Part shown: positions 33,047 through 42,648 of the stretch, piece after piece
Numbering within the stretch: position 1 is the first letter of the stretch
Layout: every line of letters starts with the position of its first letter
Assembly (NCBI GenBank): GCA_964637235.1
Contig: CAZWVR010000004.1
Coordinates: 1 to 49,112, forward strand
DNA: 49,112 bases
Origin: an uncultured Bacteroidales bacterium
Lineage (GTDB): Bacteria > Bacteroidota > Bacteroidia > Bacteroidales > S143-33
Reading direction: 5' to 3'
Notes under the pieces: model-generated
What the model saw: the letters and a program-made list of their open reading frames with translations, nothing else
Databases searched by the model: none
What the model was told of the DNA's origin: nothing
Program-made: the position numbers and the translations under genes

Positions 33047-33302
33047 GGGCGTTCCCGCCGCTGACGCAAAACCCTCGCTACGGCGGTCGGGTGCTCCGCT
33101 TATATTCGGCTGTGGCTCGCAGGTGGCACTAATTCGCTCGGCTCATTAAGGCGGAACGGCAGCAGGCTGACGCCTGTCAGCACGTCCGCCTAAAATTCGC
33201 CTCGCTTTGCGGTGCGTGGGGCTTCGCTCTACGCTCAGCCTCCGCCCGCAAAGTGCCACAATTCTGCTCGCCTTCGCCTCATATCGCTTCGCCCCCTAAC
33301 GC
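33047..33302. repeat. GC-rich ~250-nt noncoding element, copy B
   Basis: It begins GGGCGTTCCC and ends CCCCCTAACGC, which are the reverse complements of the ends of copy A. The core at 33198-33252 matches copy A. Hairpins lie at 33055-33086, 33149-33191 and 33166-33181 (GCTGAC-GCCT-GTCAGC). It fills the gap between convergent genes. Confidence 0.85.
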
Positions 33303-33312
33303 AGAACATACA

Positions 33313-34389
33313 TTAAAATTTATACACTATTGCATTAATGTTCATACCTGCCCCTATTGAGGTAAATACTGCGTAATCACCTTCTTTGAGTGTATGACCT
33401 TCCATTTTACCACGAAGTATTAAATCTAACATTGTTGGTATTGTAGCCACTGAGGAATTTCCAAGCCATCCTATGGTCATTGGCATTATTTCCGGTGGAA
33501 ATGTCTTATATCCATATAATCTAAATAGTCTTTTTACTATTGCACTGTCCATCTTTTCATTTGCCTGATGAATTAGTATTTTTTTTATTTTTTCTAATGG
33601 AACACCGGCTTTATCAATAGCTTTTTTTACAACATCTGGAACATTCTTTAATGCATATTCATATACTTTATGACCGTGCATCTTGGTGAAAAAATTATGC
33701 TCCCCTTTATAATCAGGATTTAATGAATGATTATTGTATATATAAAATGCTTCATTATAGGCATCATTGCGTGTTTGATGGGAGACTATTCCTATCGGTT
33801 CTTCACTTTCTACAGCTTCTAAAATTGTTGCACCCGAACCATCTGCAAATATCATTGAATCTCTATCGTGTGGATCCATAAAATAGGATAAAACTTCTGC
33901 TCCTATGATAAGTGCTCGTTTTACCTCGCCGGATTTTATATAGTAATTAGCTATTGTCATTGCTAATATCCAACCCGGGCAGCCAAAAACTACGTCATAA
34001 GGTATACAGTATGGATTTTTTATGCCTAAATAATGTTTTACTCTTGCTGCAAGGGCTGGAACCATATCTGAATGTCTATTTTGATCTGCATCTCCGTAAT
34101 TGTGAGCTAAAATAATTAAATCTATACTCTCCGGATCAATACCTGCATTTTCTATAGCTTTACGTGCTGCTTCTGTGGATATATCTGAATTTTTTTTACC
34201 TTCTTCCACATAGCGCCGTTCTTTTATTCCTGTTATCTCGTAAAATTTTTGTATCGTCTCCTCAGGAGATTTTTCTATCCGTTTACCGTATGTTTCAAAA
34301 AAATCATTGTTTATAAAATCTTCGTTTTTTATTACTCGCGGGGCTATATAACTACCAGTTCCGATAATTTTTGAATAGATTTGTGCCAT
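33313..34389 (-). CDS. beta-ketoacyl-ACP synthase III family protein (FabH-like)
   Basis: The catalytic triad context is present: FGCPGW (Cys), IHQANEKM (His), GNSSVATIP (Asn). The start is set at the ATG at 34389 (MAQIYSKIIGTGSY) rather than 34440. Confidence 0.8.
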   Translation of the reverse strand: MAQIYSKIIGTGSYIAPRVIKNEDFINNDFFETYGKRIEKSPEETIQKFYEITGIKERRYVEEGKKNSDISTEAARKAIENAGIDPESIDLIILAHNYGDADQNRHSDMVPALAARVKHYLGIKNPYCIPYDVVFGCPGWILAMTIANYYIKSGEVKRALIIGAEVLSYFMDPHDRDSMIFADGSGATILEAVESEEPIGIVSHQTRNDAYNEAFYIYNNHSLNPDYKGEHNFFTKMHGHKVYEYALKNVPDVVKKAIDKAGVPLEKIKKILIHQANEKMDSAIVKRLFRLYGYKTFPPEIMPMTIGWLGNSSVATIPTMLDLILRGKMEGHTLKEGDYAVFTSIGAGMNINAIVYKF

Positions 34390-34513
34390 AACAGAAGTTT
34401 TTGATTGCCAAAGGTATAAAAAAAAATATTTTCTAAACATTTTTCTGATTACTGATCTCTCTTTTTTTATGATTTTATCAAAATTTTTTTGGAAATAACA
34501 GGCTTTTTATTTT

Positions 34514-34521
34514 TATTTTTG
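34514..34521 (+). promoter_or_regulatory. -7 promoter box (TAnnTTTG)
   Basis: TATTTTTG ends 5 nt before the ATG at 34527, which implies a very short leader or none. Confidence 0.35.
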
Positions 34522-34526
34522 CAAAA

Positions 34527-35243
34527 ATGAAATTTTTGTTCAGAATTCTAACCTTTGGGCTTTTGTTTTTTGTTTTTTCTGCTTGTTATAGAAAAACTCT
34601 CCCTGAAAATATTCATACTCTAAGTCTTGTCAATTCCATAGCTATTTTACGAATCTCCGATTTTTCCAAACCTGAAATTGTCTATTATAACGATGATATA
34701 CCTATGGAGGATTATTATGACGAATATTATGATGATGAGGATAATCAACTGAATTTCAATGTGAAATTGCTGAATAATGAAGTCCTTGTATATGATTATT
34801 CCTCAGTGCAATTAAATATGCCTTCTTCTGTAATAAGAAATTTTAGTTTTGACTTAGATAGTTCCGATATGTTCGGAAAAAAAGATGTTTTTCATTTTAA
34901 AAATTTAAAATTTGCGTTAAATTATTCTAATGTAATTTTGAATGATATTCAAGCAGATACTATAAGGCTTCATATGCAGGGGAAAAGCTATTTTATAATT
35001 GATAAAGGTCGCTCAAAGCTTTTTTCTATAACAGCCTCTGGGAATAGTCAATTTGTTTCACATTCTTTTAGCGCTAAAAATTTTTATATTGATTTAATGG
35101 ATAGCGCACGAGCAACTATTAGTTATTTTGATGAGGTTAGAGGTCGAATTTCAGGTAATTCTGAGCTAATAATAGATAGCGCTGATACTTCTAAGGTGCA
35201 TATTGTAGTGAATGATAATGCCAAAATTATTTTTAAAAATTGA
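34527..35243 (+). CDS. hypothetical lipoprotein, possibly beta-helical (DUF2807/DUF4097-like C-terminal half)
   Basis: Lipobox (FVFSACY), an acidic Tyr/Asp/Glu patch (EDYYDEYYDDEDN), and C-terminal repeated beta-strand-like units (..ITASGNSQFVS.., ..GRISGNSELII..). Confidence 0.35.
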   Translation: MKFLFRILTFGLLFFVFSACYRKTLPENIHTLSLVNSIAILRISDFSKPEIVYYNDDIPMEDYYDEYYDDEDNQLNFNVKLLNNEVLVYDYSSVQLNMPSSVIRNFSFDLDSSDMFGKKDVFHFKNLKFALNYSNVILNDIQADTIRLHMQGKSYFIIDKGRSKLFSITASGNSQFVSHSFSAKNFYIDLMDSARATISYFDEVRGRISGNSELIIDSADTSKVHIVVNDNAKIIFKN

Positions 35244-35291
35244 AAATAGTTTGTTGTTTCTCGCTATGCTTATAAATTTAGCATAAAATAT

Positions 35292-35299
35292 TACCTTTG
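35292..35299 (+). promoter_or_regulatory. -7 promoter box (TAnnTTTG)
   Basis: TACCTTTG lies 14 nt upstream of the parE ATG. Confidence 0.4.
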
Positions 35300-35313
35300 C
35301 AAAAAATTTTAAT

Positions 35314-37155
35314 ATGGTCGAAAAATATACAGAAGATACTATAAAAACATTAGATTGGCAGGAACATATCCGCCAAAGACCAGGAATGTATATAGGTAAA
35401 TTAGGCGATGGCAGTTCTCCCGATGATGGTATTTATGTGCTTATTAAAGAAGTTATGGATAATGCTGTTGATGAATTTATGATGGGCTTCGGAAAAATTA
35501 TTGAGCTGGAAGTAGGCGATGGATATGTAAAAGTAAGAGACTACGGTAGAGGAATTCCTTTGGGAAAAGTGCTTGATGTTGCCTCAAAGATGAATACCGG
35601 TGCTAAATACGATTCCAGAGTTTTTAAAAAGACTGTCGGCTTGAACGGTGTCGGAATAAAAGCTGTAAATGCACTTTCTAAGCGCTTTATTATAAAATCT
35701 ATACGCGATGGTAAGCTTAAAGCTGTTGAGTTTCGTAAAGGTTTACTTTATCGCGATTATCCATTGACTGATACTGACGAAAAAAATGGTACAGAAGTAT
35801 ATTTTGAACCTGACGAGACACTTTTTGTAAATTACCGTTTCCGACATTCCTTCATTGAACAGATGGTTAAAAATTATGTTTATCTAAATTCTGGTCTTAA
35901 AATAAAGCTAAATGGCGTTATTTATGAATCAAAAAATGGTTTATTAGATCTTTTACAGGAGAAAATAACATCAGAGTTGCTTTATCCGATTATTCATTTG
36001 AAAGGCAAAGATATAGAAATAGCTATGACGCACGGGATGCAGTATGGCGAAGAATATTATAGCTTTGTTAACGGACAATATACTTCGCAGGGTGGAACTC
36101 ATCTATTGGCTTTTAAAGAAGCTGTTGTAAAGGCTATACGAGATTTCTTTAAAAAAGATTTCCACGTCTCTGATATACGTATGTCTATTATTGCTGCTAT
36201 AAGTATAAAAGTTGAAAATCCTGTTTTTGAGTCTCAAACAAAAACTAAGCTCGGTTCAAAATATATGTATCCCGGTGGTCCTTCAATTCGTCAGTATGTG
36301 ATGGATTTTATAACAAAGTATCTTGACGATTATCTCCATAAAAACGAAGAAACTGCAAAAGCTATACTTGCTAAGATTCAAGACGCTGAAAAAGAACGAA
36401 AAGCTATTCAAAGCATCAAGAAAATAACTAAACTTAAAAATCGTAAAATTTCATTGCATAATAAAAAATTAAGAGACTGCGATGTCCATTATAATACAAA
36501 TCACCCGCGTAGAGAAGAATCTACTATTTTTATTACAGAGGGAGATTCTGCAAGTGGCTCAATTACAAAAGCTCGAGATGTGACCACACAAGCTGTTTTT
36601 AGTTTGCGCGGTAAACCTCTTAATACTTATGGTTTGAGTAAAAAAGTTATATACGAAAATGAAGAGTTTAACCTTCTGCAAGCAGCTTTGAATATTGAGG
36701 AAGGACTGGAAAATTTGAGATATAATCGTATTGTAATCGCAACCGACGCCGATGTAGATGGTATGCATATTCGGTTGCTTTTAATTAGCTTTTTTTTGAA
36801 TTTTTTCCCTGAACTTATAAAACAAAATCATCTATTTGTTTTGCAAACACCTCTTTTCAGAGTTAGAAATAAACAGAAAACTATTTATTGCTATTCGGAG
36901 GAGGAGAAACAAAAAGCACTTCAAGAATTAGGAAACAATGCAGAAATAACCCGTTTTAAGGGACTTGGTGAAATTTCTCCCGATGAATTTAAAAATTTTA
37001 TAGGTAAGGATATGCGTCTTGAACCTGTTCGTATAACACAAAAAGATGCAATAAATGAATTATTGAAATTCTATATGGGGAAAAATACACCTCAACGTCA
37101 GGAATTTATTATCAATAATTTACGTGTAGAGGAAGAATATTCCCCAGAAATCTGA
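35314..37155 (+). CDS. parE: type IIA topoisomerase B subunit, most likely topoisomerase IV subunit B
   Basis: GHKL ATPase motifs ([20 protein letters not shown]), the QTK loop (ESQTKTKLG), and Toprim motifs ([19 protein letters not shown]). The ~613-aa length fits ParE rather than GyrB. Confidence 0.75.
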   Translation: MVEKYTEDTIKTLDWQEHIRQRPGMYIGKLGDGSSPDDGIYVLIKEVMDNAVDEFMMGFGKIIELEVGDGYVKVRDYGRGIPLGKVLDVASKMNTGAKYDSRVFKKTVGLNGVGIKAVNALSKRFIIKSIRDGKLKAVEFRKGLLYRDYPLTDTDEKNGTEVYFEPDETLFVNYRFRHSFIEQMVKNYVYLNSGLKIKLNGVIYESKNGLLDLLQEKITSELLYPIIHLKGKDIEIAMTHGMQYGEEYYSFVNGQYTSQGGTHLLAFKEAVVKAIRDFFKKDFHVSDIRMSIIAAISIKVENPVFESQTKTKLGSKYMYPGGPSIRQYVMDFITKYLDDYLHKNEETAKAILAKIQDAEKERKAIQSIKKITKLKNRKISLHNKKLRDCDVHYNTNHPRREESTIFITEGDSASGSITKARDVTTQAVFSLRGKPLNTYGLSKKVIYENEEFNLLQAALNIEEGLENLRYNRIVIATDADVDGMHIRLLLISFFLNFFPELIKQNHLFVLQTPLFRVRNKQKTIYCYSEEEKQKALQELGNNAEITRFKGLGEISPDEFKNFIGKDMRLEPVRITQKDAINELLKFYMGKNTPQRQEFIINNLRVEEEYSPEI

Positions 37156-37176
37156 CTTTATGAATTTTATTGATAT

Positions 37177-38283
37177 ATGGAAAAAGCTAAACCTAAAATA
37201 ATTATCACCGGCGGAGGTACTGGTGGGCACGTATATCCTGCCATAGCCATAGCTGATACTATTCGTAAGAAAAGACCTGATGCCGAAATATTATTCGTAG
37301 GAGCAAAAGGGAAACTGGAAAGTGTTAAAGTGCCTCAGGCAGGATATAATATTATTACTTTGCCTGTAAAAGGGCTTCCAAGACGTCTGAGTATCAAGGC
37401 TTTGGTGAGTTTCTTAGATTTTATTATTAGCATTTATAAAGCAAAAAAAATAATTAAAAGCTTTAAGCCCAATATTGTTATTGGCGTAGGTGGTTATGCA
37501 AGCGCACCTATTTTATATGCCGTGCGAAAAAAAAATATTTGCATTTTTTTACAAGAACAAAATTCTTTTCCTGGTCTTACAAATAGATATTTTGCAAAAT
37601 ATGCTAATAAAATTTTTGTTGCCTATGAAGGGTTGGAAAAATGGTTCCCTACTGAAAAAATAATTTATAGTGGTAATCCTGTGCGTAATTTCTACGAAAA
37701 TATGCCTTCTAAGAAAAAAGCTTTGGAGTATTTTAATTTTAAAGACAATATCCCTACGATTTTCTTAACTGGTGGTAGTCTTGGCTCTGAAACTTTAAAT
37801 TTAAGCGTTCTGAAAAATATTGATTTGATACTCAACAATAATATTCAATTTATATGGCAAACCGGAAAAATTTATTACAATCGTATTATGAGCCAACTCA
37901 AAGATAAACATTTACCTAATATTGTCATTAAACCGTTTATTGATAATATGATTTATGCGTATACCGCAGCAGACTTAGTGATAGCTCGCGCTGGTGCTAT
38001 CACAGTTTCGGAACTCGCCATTTTACATAAGCCTGTTATCTTTGTCCCTTCTCCTAATGTTGCAGAAGATCATCAGAGGAAAAATGCTTTGGCATTAGTT
38101 CAGAAAAATGCTGCATTGATAATTGATGATAACCAAGCTCCCCAAAAACTTATAAAAACCGCCATAGAAATTGTGCATAATCCTGAAAAATTACGCAAAT
38201 TATCAGAAAATATAGCTCTTTTTGCTAAACCACAAGCCGCAGATACTATTGTTGATTTTATCCTTAGTTGTTTAGAACACTAA
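37177..38283 (+). CDS. murG: UDP-N-acetylglucosamine--N-acetylmuramyl-(pentapeptide) pyrophosphoryl-undecaprenol GlcNAc transferase
   Basis: GGGTGGHVYPAIAIA N-terminus, GGYAS, QEQNSFPG, GGSLGS, and ARAGAITVSEL...P.ILVPSPNVAEDHQ-type motifs. Confidence 0.9.
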   Translation: MEKAKPKIIITGGGTGGHVYPAIAIADTIRKKRPDAEILFVGAKGKLESVKVPQAGYNIITLPVKGLPRRLSIKALVSFLDFIISIYKAKKIIKSFKPNIVIGVGGYASAPILYAVRKKNICIFLQEQNSFPGLTNRYFAKYANKIFVAYEGLEKWFPTEKIIYSGNPVRNFYENMPSKKKALEYFNFKDNIPTIFLTGGSLGSETLNLSVLKNIDLILNNNIQFIWQTGKIYYNRIMSQLKDKHLPNIVIKPFIDNMIYAYTAADLVIARAGAITVSELAILHKPVIFVPSPNVAEDHQRKNALALVQKNAALIIDDNQAPQKLIKTAIEIVHNPEKLRKLSENIALFAKPQAADTIVDFILSCLEH

Positions 38284-38321
38284 ATTTTTTTATTTTTGAT
38301 AACAACAAAAAAGTTCTAATT

Positions 38322-39179
38322 ATGAAACCAAAAATCCCTTTATTGTTGCTATTTATTGGACTGATTACTTTTATTTTTTCTTGCCAACAATCTCAGAAGG
38401 TTAATACCGACGTATATACGACCGCGCTTAAATTGTCCGATAAAATTATTGATGTATATCTGACTATTGATAAAATAAATGAAAATACTTATTACCGCCA
38501 AAGTTTAGCCTCTATTCTCACAGATTCAGGTAAAACAATAGCTTTTAAACCTATATTACGCAATAAAAATGACATTGAAATAATAATGGCTTATAAAGAC
38601 TATCTCTCTGATGTTTATTCTAAAATCACTAATAATGAAAATATTTCAGATGCCACTGTGAAAGCAGATGTAAAAGCATTGTTAACGCTTGTAGATAGCT
38701 TACATCCAAATGTTTATTCACGAAAAATTGAAAAAATTTCTGCTTTGATATCAAATCCAAATATCAAATTTGATATCTTGACATATTATGTGGTAGATTT
38801 ACTATCAGATATCCTTTATTCTGATGTTAAAAAATGGGTGAGTTCGGTAGATAGCGCTTATAATGTATATGCATATAAGCTTGATAGAATACCTATATCT
38901 GTTTTTGATATGCAAAAATTGCAAAAATATATATATGAGCCTTATAAGGGAAATAAAAAACTTGTAGAAATCTATAAACAAAATCTAAAACAAGAGGCAA
39001 TGATATATAAAAATAAATTTAAAGATAAAGCAACTGGCGCTTATATTGCTATGAAGGACTTTAAAGAATTACTTTTAGAACTTCATAATGCTAATCCTGA
39101 TATGAGTTTCGTTTATTATAAACTTGCTAAAATCAAAGCTTATACAAACAAAAAAGTTATTCGTAATGACGAAAAATAA
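38322..39179 (+). CDS. hypothetical helical lipoprotein inserted between murG and murC
   Basis: The start at the ATG at 38322 gives a lipobox (LITFIFSCQQ). I recognised no family motifs. The 3' end overlaps the murC start by 14 nt. Confidence 0.5.
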   Translation: MKPKIPLLLLFIGLITFIFSCQQSQKVNTDVYTTALKLSDKIIDVYLTIDKINENTYYRQSLASILTDSGKTIAFKPILRNKNDIEIIMAYKDYLSDVYSKITNNENISDATVKADVKALLTLVDSLHPNVYSRKIEKISALISNPNIKFDILTYYVVDLLSDILYSDVKKWVSSVDSAYNVYAYKLDRIPISVFDMQKLQKYIYEPYKGNKKLVEIYKQNLKQEAMIYKNKFKDKATGAYIAMKDFKELLLELHNANPDMSFVYYKLAKIKAYTNKKVIRNDEK

Positions 39180-40530
39180 AGACAAAAGAAATATATATTT
39201 TATAGGCATTGGCGGAATTGGTATGAGCGCTTTGGCTCGATATTTTATAGATATGGGGTATAAAGTAGCTGGTTATGATAAAGTCCGTACTCAAATTACT
39301 GATGATCTGGAAAAATTAGGTGCTAAAATCTATTATCAGGACGATATAGCTTTGATACCAAAGCCATTTAAAGATAAAGATTTCACTACTGTTATCTATA
39401 CACCGGCAATCCCTCCGGAAAATACTATCCTTTCTTTTTTTAAAAATAATGATTTTGAGGTAAAGAAACGTTCAGATATATTAGCAGATATAACTCGTGA
39501 AAATAAAACAATTGCTATCGCTGGAACACACGGTAAAACTTCAATATCTGCTATGATTGCACATATTTTATATGAAGCAGGTATCCTGAAAGCTGGTTTT
39601 ATCGGTGGAATTGTCAATAATTATAATTCTAACTATATAAAAGGAAAAAATACTGGTTTTGTGGTCGTGGAAGCCGACGAATATGACAGAACTTTCTTAA
39701 AATTAAGCCCAGATATTGCCCTTGTTAGTGCCTTAGATATTGATCATCTTGATATATACAAAAATAAAGAAAATTTAACACAAGCCTTTGAAAATTTTTT
39801 AAAACTGGTACCAGAAAATGGTTTAAAAATCCTTAATAAGCAAATTTCATTGAACATAGAAAAATATTATACTTATTCTGGAACTGCTCCTGCTGATTTT
39901 TATGCAGATAACCCTTTTATTTTTAAGGGAATACAGGAATTTAATATTTATACCCCCGAGGGAATTATAGAAGATGTGCAGCTTGCCCTACCGGGACGCG
40001 TAAACGTTGAAAACGCTATTGCAGCAGCTTCTATTGCTACTCTTTTACGTGTAGATCCAGATACTATTGCAGATGCTCTTTATTCTTTTAAAGGTGTTCA
40101 GAGGCGTTTCCAAAAACTTTTTGATAATGGTAAGAAAATTTTTTATACAGATTATGCACATCTGCCCCAAGAAATTAGTGCTCTTAAACAGGCAATAGAA
40201 GAATTTTATATCAATAGAAAAATTTTGGCAATATTTCAACCTCATTTATATTCTCGTACTAAGGATTTGGCAGATGAATTTGCCGCTGTTTTAGATACAT
40301 TCCCAAATGTCATTTTGGCACCTATATATCCTGCCAGAGAAAAACCTATTCCAGGAGTTGATTCTGACTTGATACTTAGAAAAATGAAAAATAAAAATGC
40401 CCAAGTTATTCCTTTATCCCAAATTCCTCAGAAAATAAAAAATTACGATTTTGATATAATTTTGACAATTGGAGCTGGCGATATTGTTAATATTAACCCA
40501 CAAATAGTACAGATACTAACATCTTTATAG
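39166..40530 (+). CDS. murC: UDP-N-acetylmuramate--L-alanine ligase
   Basis: IYFIGIGGIGMSALA, IAIAGTHGKTS, and EADEYDRTF motifs. The start is set at 39166 (MTKNKDKRNIYFIG). Confidence 0.9.
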   Translation: MTKNKDKRNIYFIGIGGIGMSALARYFIDMGYKVAGYDKVRTQITDDLEKLGAKIYYQDDIALIPKPFKDKDFTTVIYTPAIPPENTILSFFKNNDFEVKKRSDILADITRENKTIAIAGTHGKTSISAMIAHILYEAGILKAGFIGGIVNNYNSNYIKGKNTGFVVVEADEYDRTFLKLSPDIALVSALDIDHLDIYKNKENLTQAFENFLKLVPENGLKILNKQISLNIEKYYTYSGTAPADFYADNPFIFKGIQEFNIYTPEGIIEDVQLALPGRVNVENAIAAASIATLLRVDPDTIADALYSFKGVQRRFQKLFDNGKKIFYTDYAHLPQEISALKQAIEEFYINRKILAIFQPHLYSRTKDLADEFAAVLDTFPNVILAPIYPAREKPIPGVDSDLILRKMKNKNAQVIPLSQIPQKIKNYDFDIILTIGAGDIVNINPQIVQILTSL

Positions 40531-40531
40531 T

Positions 40532-41332
40532 ATGAAAAAGTTTTTGAGAAAATACAGAAGATTGTTGATTTTTTTACTTATTCTTGGTTTGATTATTGTT
40601 TCCATTATTTTGCAAAGAAATTATTCTCAAACTCTTTGTACTGATTTGGTGATTAAAATAAAAAATAAAAAACAAGCACCTTTTATTGACGAAAATTATG
40701 TGAAAGCCTATCTTTATAAAGTATTGAAAACTCCTGTAATAGGAGTACCTTTTTCAAAAATAGATATGAATAAATTGGAGAAAGATTTTTTGAAAAATCC
40801 ATATCTGAAAAGTATTCAAGTATATAGGGCTAAAAAAACAAAAATTTTCATAGAAATAGAACAAAGAGTACCTATGGTCTGCTTTTTGTATAATGATGGC
40901 AAATGCTTTTTTGTTGATACTCAGGGTGTTATAATGCCGAATATGAGAGGAAAGCCTGTATATGTTCCTATTGTCAGTGGATATATTGAACCAAAAATAA
41001 ATTTTTCGGATTTAAAAAAAATAACCATTTTTGCAGATAATAAGGTAAAGAATACTTTACTTGGAAAATTGTATTTTTTAGTTAAAAAAATAGAAGCAAA
41101 TGACGATTTGAAGGGACTTATAGATCAATACTATGTGGATGAAAATAAAAATTTAATATTGATAAGCAAAGTCGGAGATTTTAAAATTTTTTTTGGAAAA
41201 ATGAATAATATTGAAAATAAAATAACGAAATTAAAAGTTTTATTTAAAGAAATTTTACCTAAAAAAGGATGGGCAAAATATTCTCGGTTTAATTTTGACT
41301 ATAAAAATCAAATAGTTGCTGAAATAAAATAA
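40532..41332 (+). CDS. ftsQ: cell division protein FtsQ
   Basis: 266-aa bitopic protein (TM helix LLIFLLILGLIIVSIIL) with a POTRA-like region. It sits between murC and ftsA. Confidence 0.75.
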   Translation: MKKFLRKYRRLLIFLLILGLIIVSIILQRNYSQTLCTDLVIKIKNKKQAPFIDENYVKAYLYKVLKTPVIGVPFSKIDMNKLEKDFLKNPYLKSIQVYRAKKTKIFIEIEQRVPMVCFLYNDGKCFFVDTQGVIMPNMRGKPVYVPIVSGYIEPKINFSDLKKITIFADNKVKNTLLGKLYFLVKKIEANDDLKGLIDQYYVDENKNLILISKVGDFKIFFGKMNNIENKITKLKVLFKEILPKKGWAKYSRFNFDYKNQIVAEIK

Positions 41333-41337
41333 AACCT

Positions 41338-42642
41338 ATGAAGCAAATTGCAGTAATAGATATAGGTACAACAAAAGTTGTAGCCATTGTAGCGCAAAAA
41401 AATCAAGATAATAAGATACAAATTCTAGGATATGGACAAAGCACTTCTCGCGGTATCGTAAATGGTATAATAAGAAATATTCCAGAGGCTTTGGAAGCTA
41501 TTAGAGAAGCAGTACAAAAAGCTAAATCACAAGCAGGAGACTTCTCAGAAGTTTATATCGGTATAGCAGGACATTATATTAGAAGCGAAAGCGTTACTCA
41601 TTTTGTCGTCGTAGAAACAGAAAAAGTAACTAAAAATGATATGCAACGACTTTTAAGTCAGGCATATAGTATGGCAGTTTCAGATGATGAGAAAATTATA
41701 CACGTGATACCTCAGGAGTATATCATTGACGATAAAGAATATACTGATAATCCACTGATGATGCCAGCTAAGAAACTTGGGGCTAATTTGCTTTTAATTA
41801 AAGGGAAGGAAACAGCTTATAGAATTATAGAGAGTATTTTATCACAACTTAATATTACAGTTAAAAAAATTGTTTTGGAACCATTAGCCGCGGCAGCTGC
41901 TGTACTTGATAAGGACGAAAAAGAAAGTGGAGTCGCACTTGTGGATATAGGAGGCGGTACTACTGACCTTATAATATTTAAAGATGGAAAAGTTAGACAA
42001 ACTACAATAATACCTTTCGGAGGCAATAATGTAACAAATGATATTGCCAAAGGCTTACAAATAACTGCTGCCCATGCAGAAAAAATAAAAGTTGAATATG
42101 CATATTCTATTGTGCCTATACCAGCAGATAAAAATAAAGAAATATCTATTTCTGGTATAGCTGGTAGAAAAAATAGAAAAACTAATGTGGAAAAAATCTC
42201 TAAAATAGCATTTGCGAGAATGCTCGAAATTGTAGATACTATTAAATTTAGAATTGAAGAATGGGAGTTGCGTGATCAATTAAATGCTGGGATTACGATT
42301 ACAGGAGGCGGTTCTTTACTAAGAGGTACCGAAACTCTTTTTCGATTTCGTACTGATATAGATACTAGAATAGCACAACCTGATTTGAATAATTTTGTTA
42401 ATATATCGGAATACGAATTTTTGAAAAATCCACGCTATGCTACTGTAATAGGTTTGATATTAACAGCTTTTCAAGATTATGATAAAAATGAAAATCTAAA
42501 ACAGCAAAATAATAAAGATGCATCGCAAGAGGGAACCGAGCAAAGCGAACAAGAAAATACAAAACATAAAGATTTCTTTAATCGAATATGGAGCTCTATA
42601 AAATCATTTTTTATAGATAATTCTGATGAAAATTTAAACTAA
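41338..42642 (+). CDS. ftsA: cell division protein FtsA
   Basis: Actin-fold motifs (AVIDIGTTKV, VDIGGGTTD, ITGGGSLL) and a C-terminal amphipathic helix (FFNRIWSSIKSFF). Confidence 0.9.
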   Translation: MKQIAVIDIGTTKVVAIVAQKNQDNKIQILGYGQSTSRGIVNGIIRNIPEALEAIREAVQKAKSQAGDFSEVYIGIAGHYIRSESVTHFVVVETEKVTKNDMQRLLSQAYSMAVSDDEKIIHVIPQEYIIDDKEYTDNPLMMPAKKLGANLLLIKGKETAYRIIESILSQLNITVKKIVLEPLAAAAAVLDKDEKESGVALVDIGGGTTDLIIFKDGKVRQTTIIPFGGNNVTNDIAKGLQITAAHAEKIKVEYAYSIVPIPADKNKEISISGIAGRKNRKTNVEKISKIAFARMLEIVDTIKFRIEEWELRDQLNAGITITGGGSLLRGTETLFRFRTDIDTRIAQPDLNNFVNISEYEFLKNPRYATVIGLILTAFQDYDKNENLKQQNNKDASQEGTEQSEQENTKHKDFFNRIWSSIKSFFIDNSDENLN

Positions 42643-42648
42643 ACAATT

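Noticed and set aside
34390-34440. Longer starts proposed by the ORF track for fabH-like (34440), the murG-murC lipoprotein (38268), murC (39124), the DUF6702-like gene (47179) and the oxidoreductase (3474).
   Set aside because: In each case an internal ATG gives the canonical N-terminus (MAQIYSKIIGTGSY, a lipobox signal peptide, MTKN..IYFIGIGGIGMS, a signal or anchor segment, MKKYDIAIIGAG). The upstream residues overlap neighbouring genes or promoter DNA.
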